A stretch of DNA of 64,000 nucleotides from Gammaproteobacteria bacterium (GCA_016209015.1 JACQWY010000025.1:3747-67746), one strand, 5' to 3'. Counted from the stretch's first letter, positions 51,761 through 61,991 are shown. Made by a program: numbers and translations. The notes: generated by a model from the sequence alone, not told the origin.

Positions 51761-53082
51761 GGCGTTCCCGCCGCGGCGGCGTCCGGTTCCGTGTACTGCA
51801 AGACGGCCATCATGCTGGCGACTTCGCTCACTTCCTTTTCGATGTATTCATAGTAGCGGCGGTAGAACTCACGGAACTCGTCGAGCTCCGATGTGCTTGC
51901 CCCCTGCCTGCGGGCGAGGTACTGCGCGAGGGGCTGGCGCGCCGCGAGGATGTGCCGATACCGGGCGGCGAAATAGGCGAGGTTGTCGCGCAGCCGCAGA
52001 TACCTCGGCTCGCTCAGTATCTCATCGAAGCGGCGTTGAAATGAACGGGTCGGCGTCAGGTCGTAGAAGATGCTCCGCGATTCATCGTCGTAGACTTCGT
52101 TCGGCCGCAGGATGCCGCCGAGGTCCGCGATCGCTCCCGGTCCCGTCGGCAAACGGCCCTCGCGCAGCAGCATGGCGCGCGCCGTGCTATCCGCGTACAT
52201 CGCCTCGAGGTCCTCGATCGGCAGGTCGTTCGTCCGCCGCAGCAGGTTGACGAATTCGTTCTTCGGCACCGGAAAATCCAGCGCCGAAATCACGAGCGGG
52301 CGGTCCATCGGCCAGGCCGGCCAGAGATCCACCGCCGCCAGCGCATTGTGATTGACGTGCGCGCAGTTGTGGGTGAGCACGTTCCAGGCGAACTCCTTAT
52401 CCCCTGCCGCATAAGGCGCATTCAGCGCGTTGAGGAAGTCCACCACCTTGCGCATTTCGCCGCGCCGGAGCGGCACGCGTGCGCAATAGCGATTGCGGCC
52501 CAGGGCTATTGCGTAATCCGTGGCAATGGAGAGCTCGTAGCGGAATTCGTCGCGCGTGAAACCGGGCTGCATGTCGGTGAAGTAGCGCTCGTGGAAATCG
52601 ATGGCGGCGTAGATCCCCTGCGCACGTGCGGCGCGCTGCACGCGGGCGTAGGCCTCGCGCGTCAGCCCGCCGTCCGGCGGCAGGCCGCCGGCGAAGAAGA
52701 AGTCCCGGCCTTCGACCGCGGCCCAGGTCGCGTTGCGATAGTGTTCATTCACGCTGAACCCGACGCCGTCGGCGTGCGGTGCCGGCAATTCGTCGCAAGG
52801 CACGAGCCGCGGATGCTTCTCGTCGCGGGCGCGGCACACGCCATTGAGGTAGAACACCTGATGCCCGCCGATACCGCCGAACAGTTCGGCACCGAAGCCC
52901 TCCTTCTTCTTCAACTGCGAAACCGCGCAGCTCTCCGCATAGTAGGGAAAGAGACGTGCGTATTCCGCGTCCTCGTCCGGGGCGATCGCGGGCCGCGGCG
53001 CGCCGGGACGGAGCTCCGCGCAGCCGCCGAGCCACAACGCACAGGCCGCGATCGCGAGCGCCCCCCACGTCGCGGCGCTCAC
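51757..53082 (-). CDS. Lipoprotein with a permuted papain-like His..Cys signature
   Basis: Lipobox LGGC; GGHQVFYL and WNVLTHNCAH. Confidence 0.7.
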   Translation of the reverse strand: MSAATWGALAIAACALWLGGCAELRPGAPRPAIAPDEDAEYARLFPYYAESCAVSQLKKKEGFGAELFGGIGGHQVFYLNGVCRARDEKHPRLVPCDELPAPHADGVGFSVNEHYRNATWAAVEGRDFFFAGGLPPDGGLTREAYARVQRAARAQGIYAAIDFHERYFTDMQPGFTRDEFRYELSIATDYAIALGRNRYCARVPLRRGEMRKVVDFLNALNAPYAAGDKEFAWNVLTHNCAHVNHNALAAVDLWPAWPMDRPLVISALDFPVPKNEFVNLLRRTNDLPIEDLEAMYADSTARAMLLREGRLPTGPGAIADLGGILRPNEVYDDESRSIFYDLTPTRSFQRRFDEILSEPRYLRLRDNLAYFAARYRHILAARQPLAQYLARRQGASTSELDEFREFYRRYYEYIEKEVSEVASMMAVLQYTEPDAAAAGTP

Positions 53083-53726
53083 GCCGTGCGATCCGCCGGG
53101 CCGCAGCCGGACGCCGCGAGCAGCCGCGTCCACAGCGCTTCCCAGGTCGGCCAGTCGTGCGCGCCCGGCAGTTGCACGACCCGCTCCGCCGGCAGCACGG
53201 CAGCGAGCAGCCGATGCGCGGCGACGAAGCGATCCGCCGTGCCGTAGCCGAGGTAGATCGGCGGCTGCGCGGCGCGGGCCGCGAGCGTCGCGAGCAGCCG
53301 CCGTTCGATCGTCGGCTCGCGATCCGGACCGCCGTCCCAGGCCGCGAGCCCGCCGGCCGCTTCGATTTCCGCGATCAATCCCCGCGAGCCGATGAACGGC
53401 GAGAGCAGCAGCAGTCCCTGCGTGAGGTGGCTCGCGGCGTAACGCAGTGCGCCGAGTGCCCCGGCCGAGATGCCGGCGCACCAGACCTCCCGGCGGCCTG
53501 CGGGCACGACCACCTCCTCGTGCAGCCGGGCCGGGAAATCCGCATCGACGTAGGCGTCGATCGACGTCGCGACGGCGGCGACGTCGACCGGCCAGTTGCG
53601 CGCCCGCACCGCGGCGGTGAAGCCATGCGCCGCGAAATCGTCCGCCGTGATCCCGGCCCCCGGCATCAGCACGAGCAGAGCGCCAGCCTCTCCCGGCCCG
53701 GGCGCGTGATCGACGAGCGCTTTCAT
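53079..53726 (-). CDS. Alpha/beta hydrolase
   Basis: GISAG nucleophile elbow, D in GTADRF, GAHDW. Confidence 0.85.
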   Translation of the reverse strand: MKALVDHAPGPGEAGALLVLMPGAGITADDFAAHGFTAAVRARNWPVDVAAVATSIDAYVDADFPARLHEEVVVPAGRREVWCAGISAGALGALRYAASHLTQGLLLLSPFIGSRGLIAEIEAAGGLAAWDGGPDREPTIERRLLATLAARAAQPPIYLGYGTADRFVAAHRLLAAVLPAERVVQLPGAHDWPTWEALWTRLLAASGCGPADRTA

Positions 53727-53736
53727 CGCGAGGATC

Positions 53737-56100
53737 TCATGCCGGCGTTCCTGCCGCCTGCGAGCGTGCGAGGCCGGGGGTCAGGATGGCCGCGGCGACG
53801 AGGCTCAGCGCCGTGCCGAGTGCGACCGTCCGCCCGATGTCGAAGAGCACCGGCAGATGCGAGAGACCCAGCGCGCCGAAGCCGATTACCGTGCACAGAT
53901 TCGCCGCCAGCAGCGAGCCGACGGTTGCCGCGCCGCGCTCGCCCGAGAGATCGCCGCGCAGGAAGAACAAGCAGTAATTCGATCCGACGGCGATGACGAG
54001 CAGGAGCCCGAAAACGTTGAAGATGGAAAGCCTCCCGGCGCCCAGCGTCAGCACGCCCACCGTTCCGATCACGGCGACCGCGAGCGGCGCGAGTACCGCG
54101 AGCGTCATGCGCAGCGAACGCAGCCAGACGAGGAGCAGCCCGGCGATCGCCACGGCGCCGAGCAGCGCGAGCAGGATGGCCTCGTGCCGATAGCGATGCA
54201 GCAGCGCGTCGGATTCCGTCTTGAGATCGACCAGCACCACGCGGCCACGAGCCGGCGCCGGCAGGGTGGCGAGCGCGCGGCTCACCCGCCCGGGATCGCG
54301 GACGTCGCGCAGCGGCAGCGTCGCGATCCAGCGGTCCGCCCGTTCGAGGAGCAGCGAATCAACTTTCAGCGCGAGCGCCGTGCCGTCGAGCGCGGCGCGC
54401 GTCAACGGCGGCGCGGCACGCGCCGCGGCCACCTCGGCCAGGAAGGGCTCGAAGCTCTCCGGGCGAAACGGCAATCCCGTTAGCGCTTCCGCGAGCGCCG
54501 TCCGGAGCACCGCGGGCGGGGGCAGCGCCGCCACGCGTGCAGCCTGCATCCGTGCGCTCGGCAGATAGCGGCCGGGCGCATCGAAGCCCGACAGGACGCC
54601 TGCGGCGACGAGCTCCCGCAGCACCGCGTCCGTGCGCTCGCCGGCCTCGAGTACCGCTTCGCGATCCGGTGCGGAGGCGGTGACGATGTAGCGGACGTCC
54701 GGAGCGCCGATGTCGCGCCGCAGATCGCCGTCGAGCGCGAGATCGGCAGCCGGGATCGGGCTCATGCTCGACAGCTCGTCCTGCCATAAATCGCCACGCC
54801 GCGCCTGCACGCCCGCGAGCGCGAACGCGACCAGGGCGAGCAGCACCCAGCGCAACGCGCCGGCGCGCTGCACGAGCGCGAGCAGGCGCGATGCAGGGAC
54901 GAGCTCGCCGGTCCATGCGAATTCCGCGGGCACGAGCCGCGGCAACACGAAGCGCGTCACGCCGAGCGCGACGGCGAGGCCGGCGATCGTGAAGACACCG
55001 AGCTGCACGAAACCGGTGAAGCTCGAGAAGAGCATCGCGGCGAAACCGCAGATCGACACCAGCACACCGAGCTGCAGCGTCGGCATGATCCGGCGCAACG
55101 TGGTCGCCGTGCCGCCCTGTCCCTTGCTCTGCACGAAGAGATAGATCGCGTAATCGACGGCCTCGCCGATCAGCGTGATGCCGAAGCCGACCGTAATGCC
55201 GTGGACGAAACCGAAACAGAGCCCGACCGCGGCGAGACCGGCTAGCGCGGCCGAGACGACAGGTGCGAGCGTCAGGAGCAGTACGGGCAGTGAACGATAG
55301 AGCAGGAGCAGCAGCGCGACGATCACGCTCATCGCCACGGTCGAGTACAGCGACACATCGTGCTTCATGGCGGCGCGCGTGCGGACTGCGAACACGCCCG
55401 GACCGCTCATCACGAGGCGCGCGCCCGCCGCGGCCGGCTGCGCGGCGCGGGCCGCGGCGAAAGCACCCGCGATGGCATCGACGGCATGCTCCTGACCATC
55501 GACATCGAAGCCCGCAGCGCGGGTCTGGAAGAGCAGCAACGCGCGCGCGCCGTCGCGCGCGGTCCACACGCCGGCGCGGATTTCGCGATGGACTTCACCG
55601 CCGAGCGTTTGCGCCAGTCCGATAGCTTCACCGGTCGGATCGCGCGTGATGCTCGCCTTGAGCAGCGGTTCCATGCCCGAGGCGAGAATCTCGAGATCTC
55701 GCTCCAGGGCGCGGCGCAGACCCGCCGCGGTGAAGCGCTCCGCATCGACCGCCGCGCTCAGTACGTAACGATTGCGCCAGACGAACGACTGATCTGCGGA
55801 AGTGCCGCCGCTCTCCCCGTTCTCGACGCGCGCGAACGCCGGGTCGTCACGCAGGCGCTGCGCCATCGCGCGGCTCAGACTCGCGCGCGTCGCCGCATCC
55901 GCTCCTTCGATCGCGGCGAGCACGATCCGCGAAGCGACGCCTTCGCGCAGCTGATCGACGAGCGCCTGCTGTTCCGGGGCCGGTGCGCGCGGCAGGAACG
56001 CCGACATGTCGGTGCTGAACGGCGTGCGCGAGATGACTACGATCAGCGCGGCGAGGCCGAGCAGCCAGCCGGCGATCACGATGCTGCGCGCACGCCTCAT
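53737..56100 (-). CDS. MMPL/RND family pigment exporter
   Basis: TDMSAFLP, GFGITLIGEAVDY, about 12 TM. Confidence 0.9.
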   Translation of the reverse strand: MRRARSIVIAGWLLGLAALIVVISRTPFSTDMSAFLPRAPAPEQQALVDQLREGVASRIVLAAIEGADAATRASLSRAMAQRLRDDPAFARVENGESGGTSADQSFVWRNRYVLSAAVDAERFTAAGLRRALERDLEILASGMEPLLKASITRDPTGEAIGLAQTLGGEVHREIRAGVWTARDGARALLLFQTRAAGFDVDGQEHAVDAIAGAFAAARAAQPAAAGARLVMSGPGVFAVRTRAAMKHDVSLYSTVAMSVIVALLLLLYRSLPVLLLTLAPVVSAALAGLAAVGLCFGFVHGITVGFGITLIGEAVDYAIYLFVQSKGQGGTATTLRRIMPTLQLGVLVSICGFAAMLFSSFTGFVQLGVFTIAGLAVALGVTRFVLPRLVPAEFAWTGELVPASRLLALVQRAGALRWVLLALVAFALAGVQARRGDLWQDELSSMSPIPAADLALDGDLRRDIGAPDVRYIVTASAPDREAVLEAGERTDAVLRELVAAGVLSGFDAPGRYLPSARMQAARVAALPPPAVLRTALAEALTGLPFRPESFEPFLAEVAAARAAPPLTRAALDGTALALKVDSLLLERADRWIATLPLRDVRDPGRVSRALATLPAPARGRVVLVDLKTESDALLHRYRHEAILLALLGAVAIAGLLLVWLRSLRMTLAVLAPLAVAVIGTVGVLTLGAGRLSIFNVFGLLLVIAVGSNYCLFFLRGDLSGERGAATVGSLLAANLCTVIGFGALGLSHLPVLFDIGRTVALGTALSLVAAAILTPGLARSQAAGTPA

Positions 56101-56678
56101 GGACCGTCCGGCTGAATCGTCATTTCCGAGCGATCGCCGTCCTTCTCGTGGACTTCGACGGTCGTGAGGAAGACGTCCGCGCCGCCGATCACGATGTCGT
56201 CGATTTTCTCGCGGACGATCTGCTCGTACGGCACTAGGCGCAGCTGCCAGCGTGCACGGTCGCCCGCGAGGCTCACGGCGTAATGACGCTGTAGCGTGGG
56301 CAAATCGCCGGCGAGCGTCGCGCGCACGCCTTCGACGAGCGCCGCGACTTCGGGATGCTCGGCGAGCGAGAGCGTGTAGCGCTCTCCGTTCCGTTGCGTC
56401 CCCGTAATCGTGCTGCCGCTGAGCTCGAACGTTTCGGCAGCGGGCTTCTCCGTGATTCGTTCGAGCCGGTCCGGGGCGACGTAGCGCAGCCGTCCGGAAG
56501 ACTCGAGACGCTCCATGAGGAGCCGCAGATATTTGCGTTCGACGAAGCGGGCCGAGGACGAGCGCACCTCCCTGCGTGCGGCCATCAAAGCATCCAGATC
56601 CCAGTCGCCCGCGGCGACGCGCGCCGTTACGCCGATCAGCAGACACACACCGAGCACGAGCGCGCGCCGCCCGTTCAT
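56097..56678 (-). CDS. LolA-like periplasmic carrier
   Basis: Signal peptide; FVERKYL..LESSGRLRY..EKP. Confidence 0.85.
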   Translation of the reverse strand: MNGRRALVLGVCLLIGVTARVAAGDWDLDALMAARREVRSSSARFVERKYLRLLMERLESSGRLRYVAPDRLERITEKPAAETFELSGSTITGTQRNGERYTLSLAEHPEVAALVEGVRATLAGDLPTLQRHYAVSLAGDRARWQLRLVPYEQIVREKIDDIVIGGADVFLTTVEVHEKDGDRSEMTIQPDGP

Positions 56679-56681
56679 CGG

Positions 56682-57599
56682 TCAGCTCCAGAAATCATAG
56701 AAGTTGAACCAGTTGTAGGGCGCGAGACGGCAGTAGTGTTCCAGGCGCTCGACATAACGCGCGAGGAGCGGCGGCACGCCCTTCGCGCGCGGCGGATCGC
56801 GCTCGCCGTCCGCCGAGTCCAGTGTCTCGAAGTGCACTTCGTAGCGATTGCCGCCGCGATAGATGCCGACCATGAACACCACCGGCTTCTGCAGCACGGA
56901 GATGATTCGGAATGGATTGATCGAGAAGCGCGCCGGCGAGCCGAGAAACGGCAACTCGACCTGGCGCTCCGCGCTGAGACTTCGATCGGCGAGCACGCCG
57001 ACGAAGTGTCCCGCAGCGAGGCAGCGCTCGACGGTGACGAAGGAATCCGGCCTGCCGAGCCTGATGATGTTCTTCGCAAGCTCGGGATCGATAGCATTCA
57101 GCACCGAGTTCACCTTGCGGGCGTTCTCCTCGAACATCACCATGTTCACATGCAGCTGCGGCTGCCGGCGCCCGACGGTGCGCAGTACTTCGAAGCTGCC
57201 GAAGTGCGCACCGAGCAGGATGCAGCCTTCGCCACGCGCGAGGATGTCGGTGACGACGTTCTCGCCGACGATCGAGACGTCGAACCCGGCGCCGCCGTGC
57301 TTCAGCAGGAATACGCGATCGAGCACGCTGGAAGCGAAGCTGTGATAGTGACGGTAGACGTCGCGCAGCGTGGCGTCCCGGCCGAAGGCGCGCGTGAGGT
57401 AATGCGCCGAGGCGCGGCGCGCGGCCGGCGAGAACAGCAGGAAGTAGAGGCAGATCGGCGGCAGCAACAGACGTGCCGCGGGCCTCCCGATGCCGAGCGC
57501 GAGACCCACGAAGCAGCGGACTGCGAAACGGGTGCCGCGTTCCTCGCGACGCAGCCATTCGGGCTCGCCGCCGGCACCCGACTCGGGACCTGTGCTCAT
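56682..57599 (-). CDS. LpxL-like acyltransferase
   Basis: GAHFGSFE, LADR, PYNWFNFYDFW. Confidence 0.9.
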   Translation of the reverse strand: MSTGPESGAGGEPEWLRREERGTRFAVRCFVGLALGIGRPAARLLLPPICLYFLLFSPAARRASAHYLTRAFGRDATLRDVYRHYHSFASSVLDRVFLLKHGGAGFDVSIVGENVVTDILARGEGCILLGAHFGSFEVLRTVGRRQPQLHVNMVMFEENARKVNSVLNAIDPELAKNIIRLGRPDSFVTVERCLAAGHFVGVLADRSLSAERQVELPFLGSPARFSINPFRIISVLQKPVVFMVGIYRGGNRYEVHFETLDSADGERDPPRAKGVPPLLARYVERLEHYCRLAPYNWFNFYDFWS

Positions 57600-59251
57600 C
57601 CTCGCGCGGCCTTCACCGCGCCGGTCACCGCCGGGTCGTCGTGAGCCGCCAGCCGCAGCTCGAATTCAATTTCGTCATCCTTGCCCGATTTCCAGCGCAA
57701 CTCGATCGTTGCGCCCGGCAATACCGGGTGGAGGAATTTCACGTGGCGCAACTCGCCCGGATACGCGGTGCCGGCCGTAGTTGCGATCGCCCGCAAGGCG
57801 CGATCGACCAGGAGCGCGCCGGGGACGATCGGCCGTTCCGGAAAGTGACCGGGCAGCGCCGGATGATCGTGCGCGATGCTGAACTCGACCGAGGTCCAAG
57901 CGCACGCGCTCTCGCCGAGCGCGTCGAGCGCACGCTGCGGCAACTTGCCGAGCGCATTGCGCGGCAGCTCGTCGACGAGGTGCAGCGGCCGCGGCAGGAA
58001 CGCGGGATCGAGCACGCGACGCAGGGCCGCGAGGACTTGTTCGGCCGTGAGTCCCGGTGCGACGGCATACGCCGTGAGGCGCGCCATTTCACCGTCCCCC
58101 GTGGCCGAGCCGAACACGCCGTCGCGCACGCCGGGCACCGCGTTCAGCTGGTGATTTAGATACGCGAGCGAGCTGCGTTTACCGGCGACGTTCACGACGT
58201 CCGATTTCCGGCCGCGCAAAATGAAGCGGTCGCCGCCGCGCAGCTCGAGGACGTCGTTGAGCGCAGCGCGGCGCGCCGCCGCCGGCCCCTCTGCCCATAC
58301 TTCGCCCGCCTGCTCCGAGAGCCCGATGCCATCGAGACACTGCCACTCCTCCGTCGCCACCGTGCGACGGACCGCAATCTGGCCGACCTCGGTGCAACCG
58401 TAGATTTCGTAGAGCGGGGCCGCGAAGCACGCTTCCGCGCGTCGCGCGAGCTCGGGCGCGAGCAGCGCTGTCGCGCAGACGATGCGTGCGACCGCGGGCC
58501 ACGGCCCGCCATCGTCGAGGAGCGCGCGCAGATGCACGGGCGTCGTGACGAGGATGCGCGGCGCGGGCAGCGCCGCGAGACGCGCGGCGATGTCGGCCGG
58601 CAGCAGCGGGCGGGTGCGCTCGCAACGCAGCCCCCGGCGCAGCGCGAGCAGCGTCACCGATTCCAGACCATAGCTGTGCTGGTGGGGCACGGTGCCGAGC
58701 AGCGCGGCACCCGACAGCGTGTCGAGATCGAGAACGCGCGCCGCGGCTTCGACGCTCGCGACGAGTGCCCCCCAGGTCCGGGATTGCGCGACTGGCTCAC
58801 CCGTCGACCCGGAGGTGAACAGTACGACGGCCTGACGGTCGCGAGGAATCGCGGGCGCGAGCCCGCGGACCGGGATCACCGGTGCAGGCGCGGGCGGATA
58901 GTGCCAGACCGGCAGCGGCGAGTGCGGTAGGGGCTCGTCGGCGACGACCGAGAGCTCCGGGTACTGGCGCGCAAGCGCGGCGAGCGATTCCGGCAGGGGA
59001 TTCATCGGCAGGAGCGTCACCTGCCCGCGCCACAGCGCCGCGAACAGACTGATGGCGTAACGATAACGATCGGCACAGAGATTCACGACGTAGCGGGCTT
59101 CCGGGAGCGCGACGGCGATGCGCTCGACCTCCGCGAGGAAACACCCCGGGGTGACGGCCACGCCGGCGTCCTCGAAGAGCATCGTCTCGGGCGCGAGCGC
59201 CGGCAGCAGCGGCGCGTCGGCGGCGGCACGAGGATCGTGCGCGCCGTTCAT
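57596..59251 (-). CDS. Aryl-acid AMP ligase fused to an ApeI-like dehydratase
   Basis: FTSGSTGEP, YGCTE, LPRNALGK; C-terminal HPALPGHFPERPIVPG. Confidence 0.9.
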   Translation of the reverse strand: MNGAHDPRAAADAPLLPALAPETMLFEDAGVAVTPGCFLAEVERIAVALPEARYVVNLCADRYRYAISLFAALWRGQVTLLPMNPLPESLAALARQYPELSVVADEPLPHSPLPVWHYPPAPAPVIPVRGLAPAIPRDRQAVVLFTSGSTGEPVAQSRTWGALVASVEAAARVLDLDTLSGAALLGTVPHQHSYGLESVTLLALRRGLRCERTRPLLPADIAARLAALPAPRILVTTPVHLRALLDDGGPWPAVARIVCATALLAPELARRAEACFAAPLYEIYGCTEVGQIAVRRTVATEEWQCLDGIGLSEQAGEVWAEGPAAARRAALNDVLELRGGDRFILRGRKSDVVNVAGKRSSLAYLNHQLNAVPGVRDGVFGSATGDGEMARLTAYAVAPGLTAEQVLAALRRVLDPAFLPRPLHLVDELPRNALGKLPQRALDALGESACAWTSVEFSIAHDHPALPGHFPERPIVPGALLVDRALRAIATTAGTAYPGELRHVKFLHPVLPGATIELRWKSGKDDEIEFELRLAAHDDPAVTGAVKAARG

Positions 59252-59889
59252 GGCAGACCGTCGCGGCCGAGCGTCCTGAACATGCCGATCATCTCCGACC
59301 AGCGCTCGTGCGGCGCATCGGTGAGCCAGAGCGGCCGGCCCAGACGCTCGACGACGAACATCAGCGCGACCAGCGGCGCATTCAATACGTTGACGAACAA
59401 AGACCACCACGCGAGCTGCGCGAACGCGAGCAGCAGCGCCGAGCCCAGCAGCTGCATCCCGAAGAAGCCGCACCAGACCCAGGTCACTTTGCGCGTGTAA
59501 GCCGCGATGGCGGGACCCGGCGGGCCGTGGATGATGCGAGCGAACGTCGTGACGATAGGCTCGTTGCCGGCGCGGAGCGACGCCCCGAACAGGCTCAGCA
59601 GCATCGCGTAGGCGAGCGCGTGCGGGGCGGCCGAGGCGACGACGAGTCCGCCGGCCGGATGCGTGGCGACGAGACCGAAACCGCCGACCGCGAACGCCGC
59701 GAGCAGCGGGCCGCGATGGCCGGGCGCAAGACGTGCCGAAACGAAGGACGCGGCGAGCACGAGCTGAGTGAGCATGACGGCGTTTGCGACACTGCCCGAA
59801 GCGTGGCCGCGGATCAGCAGCAGATGGATCAGGAGCGGAGAGAGAATCGCGAGGATCGCCAACAGCATCCCGATCGCCTGACGGGCCAT
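59248..59889 (-). CDS. COG4648-like pigment-cluster membrane protein
   Basis: AYTRKVTWVWCGFF, WSLFVN. Confidence 0.85.
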   Translation of the reverse strand: MARQAIGMLLAILAILSPLLIHLLLIRGHASGSVANAVMLTQLVLAASFVSARLAPGHRGPLLAAFAVGGFGLVATHPAGGLVVASAAPHALAYAMLLSLFGASLRAGNEPIVTTFARIIHGPPGPAIAAYTRKVTWVWCGFFGMQLLGSALLLAFAQLAWWSLFVNVLNAPLVALMFVVERLGRPLWLTDAPHERWSEMIGMFRTLGRDGLP

Positions 59890-59896
59890 GGCGGAC

Positions 59897-60157
59897 CTAT
59901 TGCGCCCGATGGTGTTCGATGTATGCGGTGAGCGTCCCCAGCGAGCGGAAAATTTCGGTATTGTTCTCGTCGTCCGATCGCAGCTTCACGCCGTAACGCT
60001 GCGACACTGCGAGCGCGACTTCCAGGATGTCGATCGAATCCAGACCGAATCCTTCCTTGTACAGGGCGGTCGTGCCGTCTGCGCTCGTGGCATCGAAATC
60101 CAGATTCAAGGTTTCGACGATTAAACGCGCCAGGGCCTCTTCTTCTGCAGTCATCAC
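59897..60157 (-). CDS. Acyl carrier protein
   Basis: GFGLDSIDILE phosphopantetheine motif. Confidence 0.93.
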   Translation of the reverse strand: MMTAEEEALARLIVETLNLDFDATSADGTTALYKEGFGLDSIDILEVALAVSQRYGVKLRSDDENNTEIFRSLGTLTAYIEHHRAQ

Positions 60158-60383
60158 GATAGATGTCCTGTCCTATGTCGCTTGCGAACAATTCGATTCA
60201 TTTATGCCAGAGCGTTCCGCGCAGCGCAACCGCTGCGCCGGCGCGCGCGGACCGGATCGCAAACAGCGCCGCCGGCCGGAAGTTTCGCGCGCCATCCCGG
60301 AGTTCACGCGCCGCTCGCACGGCATTGGTACGAGGCCGTCGCGCTATGCTAAGGTCGGTGTCGGCCGTGGGGGTGGCCATCGC

Positions 60384-61433
60384 ATGCGTCTCAAAGTGGT
60401 CGCGGGCAATTTGATCGAACGTCTCGTCCTGAAGCTCAATGCGGTCCCCGAACCGCTGCTCGAAACCCAGGTCGCGTTCAGCATGGCACGCGCGATTATG
60501 ACGGCCGTCGAGTTCGGCCTCTTCGAGGCCGTCGCGGACGCACCGGCGCCGGCCGCGAGCATCGCCGCGCACTGCGGCACACATCCTGGCGCGACAGGGA
60601 AATTGCTGAACACGCTAGCCGGCTGCGGCTATGTCCGCTATCGCGACGGCGGCTACGCGCTGACCCCGAAATCCCGCAAGTGGCTGCTGCGCCGGTCGCC
60701 GCACAATCTCTGCGACAAACTGCTCTTCCAGCTCCACGAATGGGATCTCGTGACGGGCTACGAGCATTTCGTGCGCACCGGCGAGCCCTATGGTCCGCAC
60801 GCCGCGAGCGGCGATCACCGTTACTGGCAGATCTACCAGCGCGGCATGCGCAGCCTCGCGGCGCTGTGGGCGCACGACGTGGCGGCCCGCGTTCCGATGC
60901 CGCGCGCAGCGCGCGACATGCTCGACATCGGCGGCTCGCACGGCTACTACTCGGTGTGCCTGTGCCGGCGCCATCCCGCGCTGAGCTCGGTGATCCTCGA
61001 CCTGCCCGAAGCCGTCGAGCACGCCCGCGCCATTCTTGCCGAGGAAGGTATGGGCGAGCGCGTGACGCACCGGGTCGGGAATGCACTCACGGATGATCTC
61101 GGGCAGGACACGGCCGACATCGTGTTCATGTCGCAGCTCGTTCATCACTTCACCGACGAGCAGAACCGCATGCTCATGAAGAAAATCGCCAGAGCGCTGC
61201 GTCCGGGCGGGGTGTGCGTGATGCTGGATTCCGTGAGCCCGACCGAGCCCGGCCGCGGCGATCAGACCGCGGCGGTGCTCGATCTGTACTTCGCGATGCT
61301 CAGCGAATCGGGCACCTGGCCGGTGGAGACCATGTGTGCCTGGCTCGCCGACGCGGGGCTCGAACCCCTGCCGCCGCGCCGCTTCCGCAACATGCCGGGC
61401 GGCGCGCTCGTCGCCGGGCGGAAGTCGGCCTGA
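60384..61433 (+). CDS. SAM-dependent O-methyltransferase with dimerisation domain
   Basis: LDIGGSHG, DLP, LVHHF, ALRPGG. Confidence 0.9.
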   Translation: MRLKVVAGNLIERLVLKLNAVPEPLLETQVAFSMARAIMTAVEFGLFEAVADAPAPAASIAAHCGTHPGATGKLLNTLAGCGYVRYRDGGYALTPKSRKWLLRRSPHNLCDKLLFQLHEWDLVTGYEHFVRTGEPYGPHAASGDHRYWQIYQRGMRSLAALWAHDVAARVPMPRAARDMLDIGGSHGYYSVCLCRRHPALSSVILDLPEAVEHARAILAEEGMGERVTHRVGNALTDDLGQDTADIVFMSQLVHHFTDEQNRMLMKKIARALRPGGVCVMLDSVSPTEPGRGDQTAAVLDLYFAMLSESGTWPVETMCAWLADAGLEPLPPRRFRNMPGGALVAGRKSA

Positions 61434-61532
61434 CAGCGGCTGCCCGCACCGCCCCGCAGCCGGCGCAGGCACTTGAAGCCGTCGGGGAAATGCCAGACAT
61501 TTACCCCCTGCACGCACTCACCAGGGAAGCCC

Positions 61533-61991
61533 ATGCGTTACTGGCTGATGAAATCCGAGCCCGCCTCCTTCAGCCTCGACACGCTGAAGGCCTGCCCGAA
61601 GAAGACCACGATGTGGGACGGGGTCCGGAATTACCAGGCGCGCAATTTCCTGCGCGACGAATTCGAGCGCGGCGATCTCGCGTTCTTCTATCACTCGAGC
61701 TGCGAGGAGCCGGGCATCGTCGGCATCGTCGAGGTCGTGAAGGAGGCCTATCCCGATCCGACGGCGCTCGATCCGGAGAACCATCACTACGATCCGCGCG
61801 AGAAGGCCGAGGCGCCGCGCTGGTTCGTCGTCGACGTGAAGCTGAAGCGCGCCTTGAAGCGCACGATCGGGCTCGCGGAGCTGAAGACGCACGAAGCGCT
61901 TGCCGGCATGCGCCTGCTCGCGACCGGCAACCGGCTCTCGGTGATGCCGGTCAGCGCCGAGGAATGGAGGTACATTCTCGCGCTCGAATAG
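61533..61991 (+). CDS. EVE domain protein
   Basis: YWLMKSEP, WDGVRNYQARN, FFYHS, RLSVMPV. Confidence 0.95.
   Translation: MRYWLMKSEPASFSLDTLKACPKKTTMWDGVRNYQARNFLRDEFERGDLAFFYHSSCEEPGIVGIVEVVKEAYPDPTALDPENHHYDPREKAEAPRWFVVDVKLKRALKRTIGLAELKTHEALAGMRLLATGNRLSVMPVSAEEWRYILALE

Noticed and set aside
61533-61991. EVE protein as part of a modification-dependent defence system
   Set aside because: Stand-alone EVE with no adjacent nuclease or toxin; common near ssrS loci
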